A stretch of DNA of 64,000 nt, from contig JAJCXT010000053.1 in the NCBI GenBank assembly GCA_029263295.1, positions 3,889 to 67,888 on the forward strand, given 5' to 3'. Numbering within the stretch: the stretch's first letter is position 1; every line of letters begins with the position of its first letter. This document shows positions 16,632 through 26,172 of the stretch, piece after piece. Position numbers and translations under genes: made by a program. The stretch is from Acidobacteriota bacterium. GTDB lineage: Bacteria; Acidobacteriota; UBA890; WLXD01. The notes under the pieces were generated by a model. The model ran no database searches, was not told the DNA's origin, and worked only from the letters and a program-made list of their open reading frames with translations.

Positions 16632-18857
16632 CTAGGGGTGTCCAGCTCGAGGAGCGCGACCGCGACGAACCTGCCGCACGCCGTCAATGGAGTAGATCGC
16701 GGACGAGATGCGCCGGAGATGGCCCGAATCTGACACCTCCAAGACGACCTCCACGACTCCACGATAAGGCTCCATCTTGGACTCGATGTGGCGAATATTA
16801 CTTCCGGCTTCGGCAATAACGGACGTGAGTTGCGCGAGCAGACCCTTGCGATCGTCAACATCCACGCGCAGCCTGATGGGTTGCACCGCCCCCTCGGGCG
16901 GCTGCCAGTCGACATCGATCCGACGCTCGTCAGTAGCCAGGAGCCGACTGAGATTGCCGCAGTCCACCGCATGTACGGCCACGCCCTTGCCTCGAGTCAC
17001 GTACCCGACGATCGGCTCGCCCGGCACCGGCCCGCAACAGCGAGCCCGGTAGACCATGATGCCGTCCATCCCGTGGACGCTGATGCTGTCCTGCGCGGTC
17101 CATCCCAGAGCGCGATCCACCAGCGCCCGCACGCGTGAAGGTCTGCGCTTGGCGCGCTCGTCGAGATCCTCGTCCGGCAGCAGGCGTCCCGCGATGGTGC
17201 GGGCGTCCATCTTGCCGAAGCCAACCGCGATGACGAGGTCTTCTCCCGTGGGCATGCCGAATTGCGACCCGAGACCAGCCAGAGTCCCGTCCGACAGCAG
17301 CTTCCGGAGCCGGAGCCCGTACTTGCGAAACTCTTTCTCGAGGATCTTGCGACCAACCTCGAAGCTACGCTCGCGCTCCTGCTTGTTGATCCAGTTCTTG
17401 ATGCGTGTGCGAGCGCGGCTGGTGTTGGCGATGTCGAGCCAGTCGCGACTCGGGGTCGCGTCGGCGCTCGTAACGATCTGCACGATGTCGCCGTTACGCA
17501 GTTCCTGGCGGAGCGGCACGAGTTTGCCGTTGACCTTCGCACCGCTCGTCCTGAATCCGACCTCGCTGTGGATCAGAAAAGCGAAGTCAAGCGGCGTTGC
17601 GCCGCGGGCCATGGACTTCACGTCGCCCTTGGGCGTGAAGACGTAGACCTCGTCCGGGTAGAGATTGAGCTTCAAAGAGGAGAGAAACTCGCGCGGATCG
17701 GTCACGTCGCGCTGCTGGTCGACCAGCTGGCGCAGCCACACCAGCGGCTGGGTTTCGCTGTCGCTGTACTCAGCCCCCTCTTTGTATAGCCAGTGAGCCG
17801 CGATCCCCTCCTCGGCGACGCGGTGCATCTCCTCGGTCCGGATCTGCACCTCGAACGGCGTGCCGCTCTCGATAAGCGTCGTGTGCAGCGACTGATACAT
17901 GTTGCGCTTCGGCATGGCCAGGAAGTCTTTGAATCGACCGGGCACAGGACTCCAGCGGTTGTGGATGATGCCCAGCGCGCCGTAGCAGTTGCGCACCGAA
18001 TCGGTGATCACACGGTAGGCAACAACGTCGTAAACCTGGTCCAGGTCCACATGGCGCTTCCGCATCTTGCGATGGAGACTCAGCAGCCCCTTCACGCGAT
18101 GGGTCACCCGACACGGGATCTCGTGCTCGGCCATCGTCGCCTCGATTCGAGCTTCTTTCTCCGCAGTCGTTTCCCGCGCCTGCCGCAACCGTTCTTGAAC
18201 TGCCGCTTCGAGCTGCTCGAACGCCTCGGGCTCGAGGTAGCGGAAGGCGAGGTCCTCGAGCTCCGTGTGCAGACGCCACATGCCCAGCCGGTGAGCCAGC
18301 GGCGCGTAGATGTCCTGGGTCTCGCGAGCGATGCGGCGCCGCTTGCCCTCGGGCAGCCAGTGCAGCGTCCGCATGTTGTGGAGTCTGTCTGCCAATTTCA
18401 CCAGCAGGACGCGCACGTCATCCACCATCGCCAGCAGGAGCTTGCGGAAGTTGTCCGCCTGCTCCTCCAGCTTGGAGTTGAACTCCATCTGGCCGATCTT
18501 CGTCACTCCCGCGACAAGCTTTACGACCTCCGCGCCGAAATCCTCGGTCATCTGCTCGGAGCTGAAGTCGGTGTCCTCAAGCACGTCATGGAGCAGACCA
18601 ACGGCGATGCTCGCCGCGTCTAGGTGCCACTCACAGAGGATCGTCGCCACCGCGAGCGGGTGCTCCACGTACGGTGCCCCCGACCTGCGCGCCTGCCCTT
18701 CGTGGGCGCTATCGGCGACCTCGTAGGCCCGACGTACCAGGTCGACGTCTGCCTCCGAGTGCCCCTGGGCCACGCGCGCAAGAAGCCCATGGATATCCGG
18801 GGATCCCGTCGACGGCTGTGACGTGGTCGGTGCGGGCAACGCCAGCTCCAGAGGCAA
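16632..18857 (-). CDS. rel: bifunctional (p)ppGpp synthetase/hydrolase, RelA/SpoT family
   Basis: 741 aa. The HD hydrolase domain (PYVEHPLAVATIL..LLHDVLEDT), synthetase domain (..YRVITDSVRNCYGALGIIHNRW..DFLAMPKRNMYQSLHT), TGS and C-terminal ACT domains are all present. The start at 18857 is TTG. Confidence 0.95.
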   Translation of the reverse strand: MPLELALPAPTTSQPSTGSPDIHGLLARVAQGHSEADVDLVRRAYEVADSAHEGQARRSGAPYVEHPLAVATILCEWHLDAASIAVGLLHDVLEDTDFSSEQMTEDFGAEVVKLVAGVTKIGQMEFNSKLEEQADNFRKLLLAMVDDVRVLLVKLADRLHNMRTLHWLPEGKRRRIARETQDIYAPLAHRLGMWRLHTELEDLAFRYLEPEAFEQLEAAVQERLRQARETTAEKEARIEATMAEHEIPCRVTHRVKGLLSLHRKMRKRHVDLDQVYDVVAYRVITDSVRNCYGALGIIHNRWSPVPGRFKDFLAMPKRNMYQSLHTTLIESGTPFEVQIRTEEMHRVAEEGIAAHWLYKEGAEYSDSETQPLVWLRQLVDQQRDVTDPREFLSSLKLNLYPDEVYVFTPKGDVKSMARGATPLDFAFLIHSEVGFRTSGAKVNGKLVPLRQELRNGDIVQIVTSADATPSRDWLDIANTSRARTRIKNWINKQERERSFEVGRKILEKEFRKYGLRLRKLLSDGTLAGLGSQFGMPTGEDLVIAVGFGKMDARTIAGRLLPDEDLDERAKRRPSRVRALVDRALGWTAQDSISVHGMDGIMVYRARCCGPVPGEPIVGYVTRGKGVAVHAVDCGNLSRLLATDERRIDVDWQPPEGAVQPIRLRVDVDDRKGLLAQLTSVIAEAGSNIRHIESKMEPYRGVVEVVLEVSDSGHLRRISSAIYSIDGVRQVRRGRAPRAGHP

Positions 18858-18969
18858 ACGGCGTCGTGCCGCAGCTACAACGCCAGATACAACGACGGCG
18901 CCCCGGGGCTGGGACGCCGCTCACCACTCAGGATACCACCGCAAACGCCTACAACGAGGAATACCGACC

Positions 18970-19127
18970 GCCGGGAGCGGGCATCAGCCCGCGACCCAAG
19001 AGACGCTGGCCAGGGCACGGGTCAGCTTCGCCGCTGGAGCGGGCGGCAGCCCACGGCTAATGGCCACTGCCGTCGGCTTCGCCGCTGGAGCGCGCGTCAG
19101 CGCGCGACCAATGGACACTGCCCCAGG
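18970..19127. repeat. three tandem degenerate REP-like units, each with a 6-bp GC hairpin
   Basis: Units at about 18970-19025, 19026-19076 and 19077-19127. Units 2 and 3 align at 41/51 nt and both begin cttcgccgctggagcg. Hairpins are gcgggc-atca-gcccgc (18977-18992), gcgggc-ggca-gcccac (19039-19054) and gcgcgc-gtca-gcgcgc (19090-19105). Confidence 0.6.
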
Positions 19128-19154
19128 CATTAGTCGGCGCAGCCGACTAATGCC
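19126..19154 (-). terminator. 13-bp perfect hairpin overlapping the secF stop codon (terminator-like, no U tract)
   Basis: ggcattagtcggc-gca-gccgactaatgcc. The secF stop TAA (19147-19149) lies inside the 3' arm. No T run follows on the minus strand, so any intrinsic-terminator function is uncertain. Confidence 0.4.
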
Positions 19155-20319
19155 TCTTATCGATCTCCCGCTGCTGCCACGCCCACACCGTCGGGCTCGC
19201 CACGAACAGCGACGAGTAGGTTCCGACCATCACGCCGATCAGCAGGGCAAACGCGAAGTCATTGATCACCGGGCCGCCGAACAGGAACAGGCCCGTCACC
19301 ACGATCAACGTCGTGACCGATGTCAACAGCGTTCGCGACAGGGTCTGGTTCAAGCTGGTATTGATGCGGTCGTACAGATTCATGCGTCGCAAGGCCGTCG
19401 TGTTCTCGCGCACGCGGTCGAAGACCACTACCGTATCGTTCAGCGAATAGCCGACAATCGTCAGAAAGGCGGCTACGACCGGCAGGTTGAACTCCCGCCC
19501 GGTAAGCACGAAAGCGCCGAGCACGATCAACACATCGTGAGCCAGCGCGACAACCGCCGCCACGCCGAACTTGAATTCGAAGCGATACGTGATGTACGCG
19601 AGCATGCCGATCAGCGCCCAGACGATGGCCTGAATCGTCTGGTTACGAAGATCCTGCCCTACCTGGGCCCCGACAAAGTCACTGCCGACAATGGCGTAAT
19701 CCCCGAGATGCCCCTGGTCGCGCAGCACTGCGAGGACAGCGGGATCGAGCCCGATGGCGTCAAGCTCGGTCCAGTCCCTGAACAGGCCGAGCTCTGACTT
19801 GGCATTGAACAGATCGTTGAGCGCCGCCTGATAGACAGCGTCGGCGCTCTCGGGATCCGCGACCAGATCGAAGCCGAGCGGGTTGGCGAACGTGAGCATC
19901 GCCATCAAGTCGCCGCGCGCGGCAGTGTTGAGGTCGACTCCCTCGGCACTCGAACCCATCAGGCCCTGGAGGAGCTCATTAACGCTGGTAACCAACGCAT
20001 CGAGTTCCGCGCCGTCCTCGAGCCCAGGTGCACGGATGATCACCTCTTCGGACTCCGCCTCGAACGCCGTTGACCGGAACTCCTGGATGGTAGCGCCATC
20101 CAATCCCGCGTCGCCCAGCGCGTCACGCAACTGGTTCAGGTCAGGAGGAGCGCTGAAATGAACGACGATCTGAGAGCCGCCGGCAAAGTCGATGCCCAGC
20201 TTCGGGCCGCCCTGGAGGATGAGTGCCCCCATTCCGACGCCGATAAGCAACGTGGATACACCGAGGGCAATCCAACGCTTGCCGAGAAAATCGATACTAG
20301 GAGTTTTTAGAATGCGCAT
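19147..20319 (-). CDS. secF: protein translocase subunit SecF (enlarged periplasmic domain)
   Basis: 390 aa. N-terminal IDFLGKRWIALGVS..GIDFAGGSQIVVHF and C-terminal TM bundle with ..LSRTLLTSVTTLIVVTGLFLFGG.. About 190 aa lie between TM1 and TM2. Confidence 0.9.
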   Translation of the reverse strand: MRILKTPSIDFLGKRWIALGVSTLLIGVGMGALILQGGPKLGIDFAGGSQIVVHFSAPPDLNQLRDALGDAGLDGATIQEFRSTAFEAESEEVIIRAPGLEDGAELDALVTSVNELLQGLMGSSAEGVDLNTAARGDLMAMLTFANPLGFDLVADPESADAVYQAALNDLFNAKSELGLFRDWTELDAIGLDPAVLAVLRDQGHLGDYAIVGSDFVGAQVGQDLRNQTIQAIVWALIGMLAYITYRFEFKFGVAAVVALAHDVLIVLGAFVLTGREFNLPVVAAFLTIVGYSLNDTVVVFDRVRENTTALRRMNLYDRINTSLNQTLSRTLLTSVTTLIVVTGLFLFGGPVINDFAFALLIGVMVGTYSSLFVASPTVWAWQQREIDKRH

Positions 20320-20329
20320 CGTGGGCCTT

Positions 20330-21865
20330 TTAGATGCTCAGCGTCTGTGAACGCTGGACGATCCAGAACTCGAATAGGGCGCGGGACACGAAGATGGCCG
20401 TGAACATCGACGCCATGATGCCGATCGAAAGTGTGACCGCGAAGCCCTTCACGGGCCCGGTGCCAAACTGGAACAGAAAGACCGCCGCGATCAGCGTGGT
20501 GACGTTCGCGTCGATGATCGCAGAGAAAGCCTTGTTGAAGCCGGCGTCGACAGCCGAGCGCACGGTCTTGCCGATATCGAGCTCCTCGCGGATGCGTTCG
20601 AAGATCAGCACGTTGGCGTCGACCGCCATCCCGATCAACAGGATCATGCCGGCGATACCCGGCAAGGTCAGCGTCGCCCCTAGAGCGTTCATGACGCCGA
20701 GGATGATCACGATATTCAGACCCAGAGCTACCAAGGCATTGATTCCGGATCCTCTGTAGTACACGAGCATGAAGGCAGCGACGATCGCGAGGCCGACAAC
20801 CGCGGCCATCACGCCCTGGTCGATCGACTCCTGGCCGAGAGACGGGCCAACGTAGCGCTGGAACAGGTACTCCACCGAAGCCGGCAGCGCGCCCGAGCGC
20901 AACACCAGCGCCAGGTCCTGCGCCTCCTGCACCGTGAACTGACCGCTGATCTGGGCCTGCGGTGTGGAAATACGCTCCTCGATTACCGGCGCCGTGCGCA
21001 CCTTGTCATCGAGCACGATCGCCATCTGACGGCCGACATTCGCGCCGGTGGCGGCGCCGAACTTGCGCGAACCTTCCGTGTTCAGTGTGAAACTGACCGA
21101 CGGTAGTCCCAGTTCGTCTCGACCGAGACCCGCCGTCTTGAGATCACGGCCCGTGATCAGCGGCGCGCTCCTCACCAGGTAGAAGCCGACCGACTGGCCG
21201 TCCCGCGGGTCAGCTTCGAGGATCTGCGCGCCTGCGGGAACCTGGCCGTCCGCGTCGAGTAGCGCCTGGCGGGTGGGAAGCGGGCCGGCCTCCACTAACT
21301 TGAGTTCGAGCAACGCGGTGTTGCTCAACAGCGACTTCACCCGCTCCGGGTTCTGCACCCCCGGCAACTGGATGAGAATGCGATCGCCCGCCAGGCCCAG
21401 CCTCTGGATGGTCGGCTCTGCCACGCCATACTCGTCAACGCGGTTGCGGATGATCTGCAGCGCCTGCCGGATCGCTCCGTCGCGCTCTTCGTCCTCGGCC
21501 GCCGCGACCATCGAGATCGTTACAACAGCCCCCGAGCGACGCGCCGTGTACGTGTTCGCGTAGTACTCACCGATGAGATCAACGAGTCGCACAGCGTCTG
21601 CGTCGGACGCGCCGGTCAGTGTGGCGCTGTTGGTGGCGTACTCCGTCCCCGCCAGCGTGATCCCCTCGTCCGCGAGCAGTCGCGATAGCCCTTCAGCGTC
21701 GTCCTGGACCGTGGCCGCTACGGCCTCGTCGACAACCACCTGCATGACGAGGTGAATTCCGCCTCTGAGATCGAGGCCGAGATTCACCGGCTGGGTAAAC
21801 GCAAGGAATCCGAAGACCGCCGCGACGACCACGGCCAGGATGAGTTTCCAACGCAACTCTTGCAT
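20330..21865 (-). CDS. secD: protein translocase subunit SecD
   Basis: 511 aa. NLGLDLRGGIHLV..., the P1 domain, and C-terminal TMs with AGMILLIGMAVDANVLIFERIREE. Confidence 0.95.
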   Translation of the reverse strand: MQELRWKLILAVVVAAVFGFLAFTQPVNLGLDLRGGIHLVMQVVVDEAVAATVQDDAEGLSRLLADEGITLAGTEYATNSATLTGASDADAVRLVDLIGEYYANTYTARRSGAVVTISMVAAAEDEERDGAIRQALQIIRNRVDEYGVAEPTIQRLGLAGDRILIQLPGVQNPERVKSLLSNTALLELKLVEAGPLPTRQALLDADGQVPAGAQILEADPRDGQSVGFYLVRSAPLITGRDLKTAGLGRDELGLPSVSFTLNTEGSRKFGAATGANVGRQMAIVLDDKVRTAPVIEERISTPQAQISGQFTVQEAQDLALVLRSGALPASVEYLFQRYVGPSLGQESIDQGVMAAVVGLAIVAAFMLVYYRGSGINALVALGLNIVIILGVMNALGATLTLPGIAGMILLIGMAVDANVLIFERIREELDIGKTVRSAVDAGFNKAFSAIIDANVTTLIAAVFLFQFGTGPVKGFAVTLSIGIMASMFTAIFVSRALFEFWIVQRSQTLSI

Positions 21866-21894
21866 GCTCAGGTCACTCCGAGACGGGAACTTGG

Positions 21895-22233
21895 TTAGCT
21901 GCCAGAGTCGCCGTCGGCGAGGCTCGCGACGCTCTGCTTGGTGATTTCGATCTTTACCTGGTCGGCGATTTTGATCCGCAGCCGATCATCCTGGATTCCC
22001 ACCACGGTACCGAAGACGCCGCCGTTGGTGATGATGCGGGCACCGTTCTTCAGGTTCGCGATCATCTCGTCGTGCTTCTTCTGACGTTTGCGCACGGGTG
22101 CGATGAGCAGGAAATAGAAGATCAGCACCATCGCTACGACAGGAATCAACCCGGCGATGGGACTCTGCCCAGGAGAGGGCGCTAGTAGCAGCAACGGAGA
22201 GTTCAGCGGCTTGCCTCCAGCGGACCGGCACAC
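21895..22233 (-). CDS. yajC: preprotein translocase subunit YajC
   Basis: One TM (VVAMVLIFYFLLIAPVRKRQKKHDEM) followed by ..NGGVFGTVVGIQDDRLRIKIADQVKIEI.. The start is probably downstream of the track start. Confidence 0.85.
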   Translation of the reverse strand: MCRSAGGKPLNSPLLLLAPSPGQSPIAGLIPVVAMVLIFYFLLIAPVRKRQKKHDEMIANLKNGARIITNGGVFGTVVGIQDDRLRIKIADQVKIEITKQSVASLADGDSGS

Positions 22234-22284
22234 GACCGGCGAATAACAGAGAAAGAGCGGGCTATGACCGAAGGAACCGGGCGT

Positions 22285-23403
22285 CTAGTCCCGGCCGTTC
22301 GGAGCGCCGCTGCGCGCGAATTCAGCGCGCAACTCGGCCAATGAACCCGAGGCGATAGCGTGCCGGATGCGCCCCATAGTGTCAAGGTAATGCCATAGGT
22401 TGTGGAGCGTCATCAGGACCCCGCCGAGCATCTCGCCGCGGAGCTTCAGGTGGCGCAGATACGCCCTGCTGTAGCGCGCGCATGCTGGGCAACCACAGTC
22501 AACATCGAGCGGTCGCGGGTCTTTCGCGTAGCGCGCGTGACGAATGGTGATCCGGCCTTCCGGAGTGAACGCCACACCGTTGCGAGCGTGGCGCGTGGGA
22601 ATCACGCAGTCGAACAGGTCGACGCCACGCGCCACGGCCTCCACGAGATCGGCCGGGTACCCCATGCCCATCACGTAACGGAGGCGATCGTCTGGCAACT
22701 CGGGGATCGCGGCCTCGACAGCCTCCCAGGTCTGCTCCTTCGACTCGCCCACCGCCAGCCCCCCAATCGCGTACGCATCGAAGTCGAGCTCAACGAGTCG
22801 GCGCGCATGATCGCTGCGCAGCTCGGGGTACACGCTGCCCTGCACGATCCCGAGCAACCCTCCCGCCAGATTCTCCGCCAACGGGCGACTGCGTTCAGCC
22901 CAGCGCTGACTGCGTTCAACGGCTCGCGCCGCCACCTCGCGATCGGCCGGACTCGCGACACATTCGTCGAGCACCATGGCCAGATCCACTCCGAGCGTGG
23001 CTTGAATCTCGATGACCGTCTCCGGAGTCAGCCGACGGTGTTCTCCATCCAACGGTGACTGGAAGGTCACGCCGTCGTCGTCGATCTTGCGACGGTCAGC
23101 GAGCGACATGACCTGGTATCCGCCGCTGTCCGTGAGAATCGGCCGCCGCCACCCCATGAAGGAGTGCAGGCCGCCGACTTCACGGATCACTTCCAGCCCG
23201 GGCCTCTCCCACAGGTGATACGCGTTCGAGAGAATCACCTGCGTGCCAATGGCCTCGAGGTCCTCGCCGCGCAGTCCCTTCACCGAGCCATAGGTGCCCA
23301 CCGGCATGAATGCCGGGGTTTCGATGATCCCGTGCGGTGTCTCCAGGCGTCCCGTCCGTGCGGCCGACGTAGCGCACCGATGCTGAACTTCGAACTTGAT
23401 CAC
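22285..23403 (-). CDS. tgt: queuine tRNA-ribosyltransferase
   Basis: 372 aa. RTGRLETPHGIIETPAFMPVGT.GSVKG...TDSGGYQV, with Zn site CGCPACARYSRAYLRHL. Confidence 0.95.
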   Translation of the reverse strand: MIKFEVQHRCATSAARTGRLETPHGIIETPAFMPVGTYGSVKGLRGEDLEAIGTQVILSNAYHLWERPGLEVIREVGGLHSFMGWRRPILTDSGGYQVMSLADRRKIDDDGVTFQSPLDGEHRRLTPETVIEIQATLGVDLAMVLDECVASPADREVAARAVERSQRWAERSRPLAENLAGGLLGIVQGSVYPELRSDHARRLVELDFDAYAIGGLAVGESKEQTWEAVEAAIPELPDDRLRYVMGMGYPADLVEAVARGVDLFDCVIPTRHARNGVAFTPEGRITIRHARYAKDPRPLDVDCGCPACARYSRAYLRHLKLRGEMLGGVLMTLHNLWHYLDTMGRIRHAIASGSLAELRAEFARSGAPNGRD

Positions 23404-24404
23404 TCGGTCGCTCCGCTGAACGGATCCCAGCCAGTCGCCGGCAATGCACTCCGCATGTCGCCTGCCACCAACACGATACCGGGCTCCGCTTCGGTCACGG
23501 CACCGATTCGTCGGGCCGTCACACCCCCCGTGGCTGCGGCCACGTCCGCGCCAGGGCGAACGGCACAGAGCATCGCGTAGTCGTCGCCGCCCTGCAGCGC
23601 CAGGTCCAGCGAGGTCGAGCCCACGCTCGTGGCGACGTCGGCTGGCGTTGCTTCCGACAAGACGTCACCGGCCGCCTCCGCACCAACGCCCGACTCCGCG
23701 CACATCCGGTGCAGATCAAGGCCGAGGCCATCGGAGACATCCATCATCGCGTGGACATCCGGCGAACTCGCTGCCCAGCGGCAAAAAGCGACCGGCGTCT
23801 GTGGGCGACGGAACGCCGCCACGCACCTCAGTTCGGCGTCACTCTGCGGTGCCCTATCGATCTCCAGCAGCAGGCGTCCGGCGGCGGCCCACCCGAGATC
23901 CCCGACGACCCACAACTCGTCGCCCGCGCGCGCGCGCGAGCGCAAGAGCGGCTCCGCGCCGTCAGCGAGTTGCCCGCCGACCGTGGTCACCAGGCCTAGG
24001 CTGCTACCCAAACCAACATCACCTCCGACGATCTCCGCACCTGCCGCCCGGGCCCCATCGCGCAGTCCCACGATCAGGTCCTCGAACTCCACCACCGACA
24101 GCCCCGCAGGCAATTCCAGCGCGCTCAGTATCCAGCGCGGCTCAGCGCCCATCGCCCAAATATCGCTCGCCGCGATCGTCACCGCGCGATACCCGATCTC
24201 GCCGGGCGTGAGCCAGGCGGAAGCGAAGTGGATCCCCTCGCGCTGGCGATCCACGCTCCATGCCTGTTGCCCGGAGCCGCCGTGGAGCACGGCCGCATCG
24301 TCGCCCGGGCCGATGGTGCCAGCATCGCGCGCCTCGCCGAGGAGCCTCCGGATCGTCTGCACCAGGTTCCGCTCACCCAGCCCGCCCACGTTCGCGGCCG
24401 TCAT
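23400..24404 (-). CDS. thiL: thiamine-monophosphate kinase
   Basis: 334 aa, AIR-synthase-like fold. GERNLVQTIRRLL....IGPGDDAAVL...; ATGA overlaps with cca upstream and tgt downstream. Confidence 0.8.
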   Translation of the reverse strand: MTAANVGGLGERNLVQTIRRLLGEARDAGTIGPGDDAAVLHGGSGQQAWSVDRQREGIHFASAWLTPGEIGYRAVTIAASDIWAMGAEPRWILSALELPAGLSVVEFEDLIVGLRDGARAAGAEIVGGDVGLGSSLGLVTTVGGQLADGAEPLLRSRARAGDELWVVGDLGWAAAGRLLLEIDRAPQSDAELRCVAAFRRPQTPVAFCRWAASSPDVHAMMDVSDGLGLDLHRMCAESGVGAEAAGDVLSEATPADVATSVGSTSLDLALQGGDDYAMLCAVRPGADVAAATGGVTARRIGAVTEAEPGIVLVAGDMRSALPATGWDPFSGATE

Positions 24405-25606
24405 GAGTCCCCCGCCGACCGCACTGCGGCCCAGGCGCGCGCCTCATCCGCGCTGCCCCATGTGCGGAGCACTTGCCCACGCGCGGCCTCCGACAACAGG
24501 CTCCCGAGTTCCGGTCCCGGCTCCATCCCCAGTCGGCGCAGATCCTCGCCCGTGACCCATCGTGGCTCGCGGGCTCTTCGCGCCAGGCGCGCCAGACAAG
24601 ATGGTGCGCCGGCGCCCACCGCGTAAGCGAGATCGCCCGCAATGGCCGCAGCGGACGGATCGAGCAGCGCCAGGCTCGCGAACTCGGCTTCGTCGGCGCC
24701 GCGCAGGCTCGCCCAGCACGCTGCCCGCGACGCCGTACGTGCGAGCTGTTTCGGCCACCGCCGCGCAGCCAGGGACGCTGCCAGCGAGTCGCTGCTGCCG
24801 CCTTGCTCCAGATCGAACAGCATCGCGGCAAGCCGTCCGGTGAGGCGATCTTCGGTAGCCCCACCGCGCGCCTCGTGAGTCGCCCACGCTCGTGCCCCAG
24901 CGTCGGTGCGCCGTGCCCCCAGTGTCACCGCGCCGACGCCGATACTCCACGCCAACTCCAACGCCTCGACCCAACCCGCCGAGGAGAGGATTGACTGCCA
25001 TTCGTTGCTCACACGTTCAGCGGCCACCCCGCCGAGCGCCGGCACGTTGGCGCGCAGCATTGACCGCGTTCCATCGCCGAGGCTGAAGCCGGGAAGGTCA
25101 CCGGCGTAGCGAACGCCGCGCATCACGCGCAGCGGGTCGGCGGCTATCGTCGCGGCCGATACAGGGCACAACTGCCCTGCCTGCAGATCCTGCAGGCCAC
25201 CGTGCGGATCGACCAATGCGGCGCGCGCCTCCCCGGCAACTGGCAGCCGCAGGGCCATGGCGTTGATGGTGAAGTCACGGCGTGAGAGGTCTTCCGCCAG
25301 GGTGCCGATGGCCGCGGCGATATCCACTGGACGCCCGTACCAGCGAAAGCGGTGGGTGTTCTGAAAGTCGTCGCCGATACTCGCGGGCCGCGAGCCGCGC
25401 TCGTGCTCCACCGCATCGATCACGCCCGTCAGATCTCGCTCGGTGATCAGATCGACATCCTGTGGGTCGCGGCCCAGCAACGCGTCGCGAATCGCCCCAC
25501 CCACCAGGATTAGTCCGTTTCCTGCATCCGAGAGGTCCGCCAGGCGTCTCAGGTGGGGCTCGCGCAGCAAGCTGTCGAGACGCGGCCAGTCCACTTGATC
25601 TCTCAC
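24401..25606 (-). CDS. cca: CCA tRNA nucleotidyltransferase / poly(A) polymerase family (class II NTase)
   Basis: 401 aa. LVGGAIRDALLGRDPQDVDL (GG.RD..L..DxD head domain) and RRDFTINAMAL. Confidence 0.8.
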   Translation of the reverse strand: MRDQVDWPRLDSLLREPHLRRLADLSDAGNGLILVGGAIRDALLGRDPQDVDLITERDLTGVIDAVEHERGSRPASIGDDFQNTHRFRWYGRPVDIAAAIGTLAEDLSRRDFTINAMALRLPVAGEARAALVDPHGGLQDLQAGQLCPVSAATIAADPLRVMRGVRYAGDLPGFSLGDGTRSMLRANVPALGGVAAERVSNEWQSILSSAGWVEALELAWSIGVGAVTLGARRTDAGARAWATHEARGGATEDRLTGRLAAMLFDLEQGGSSDSLAASLAARRWPKQLARTASRAACWASLRGADEAEFASLALLDPSAAAIAGDLAYAVGAGAPSCLARLARRAREPRWVTGEDLRRLGMEPGPELGSLLSEAARGQVLRTWGSADEARAWAAVRSAGDS

Positions 25607-25647
25607 CTCAGACCTCTACCACGGACTTCTGGCTCGGAACCTCAGGC

Positions 25648-26106
25648 TCAGGACTGGGACCCTAGCAGGCCCTTGAGTTCGTCCATGAACGCGTTCACGT
25701 CGCGGAATTGGCGATACACCGACGCGAAGCGCACGTAGGCAACCTCGTCGATATCGCGCAGCTGATCCATCACCTGTTCGCCGATCTGCTGGCTGTCGAT
25801 CTCCCGCTCTCCCTGCTCCTGGGCGACCGCCTGCACCTCGTCGCAGATGGACTCGAGTTGCGAGCCTGTGACCGGCCGCTTCTCGCAGGCACGAAGCAGC
25901 CCGTCCATCAGCTTGGCGCGATCGAACCGCTCGCGGCTCCCGTCTTTCTTCACCACCATCAGTGGAGTCAGTTCGACCTGTTCGTACGTCGTCATCCGCC
26001 GGCCGCAATCGAGGCACTCGCGACGACGACGGATTGCCGTGCCATCGCGACTATCACGCGAATCCACGACCTTGTGTTTGCTCAGACCGCAATAGGGGCA
26101 CTTCAT
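25648..26106 (-). CDS. nrdR: transcriptional repressor NrdR
   Basis: 152 aa. MKCPYCG....VVDSR.......IRRRRECL.CG.R.TTYE zinc ribbon plus an ATP-cone. Confidence 0.95.
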   Translation of the reverse strand: MKCPYCGLSKHKVVDSRDSRDGTAIRRRRECLDCGRRMTTYEQVELTPLMVVKKDGSRERFDRAKLMDGLLRACEKRPVTGSQLESICDEVQAVAQEQGEREIDSQQIGEQVMDQLRDIDEVAYVRFASVYRQFRDVNAFMDELKGLLGSQS

Positions 26107-26172
26107 GACGCTTCTCTACCTTCGCCTCGAACGCCCGCCACGGGCAGTGAGGAGCCGCACGATACGGTCGGA

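Noticed and set aside
18970-19154. CRISPR array interpretation of the tandem repeats
   Set aside because: There are only 2-3 degenerate units of about 80% identity that abut directly with no unique spacers. No cas genes are in the window.
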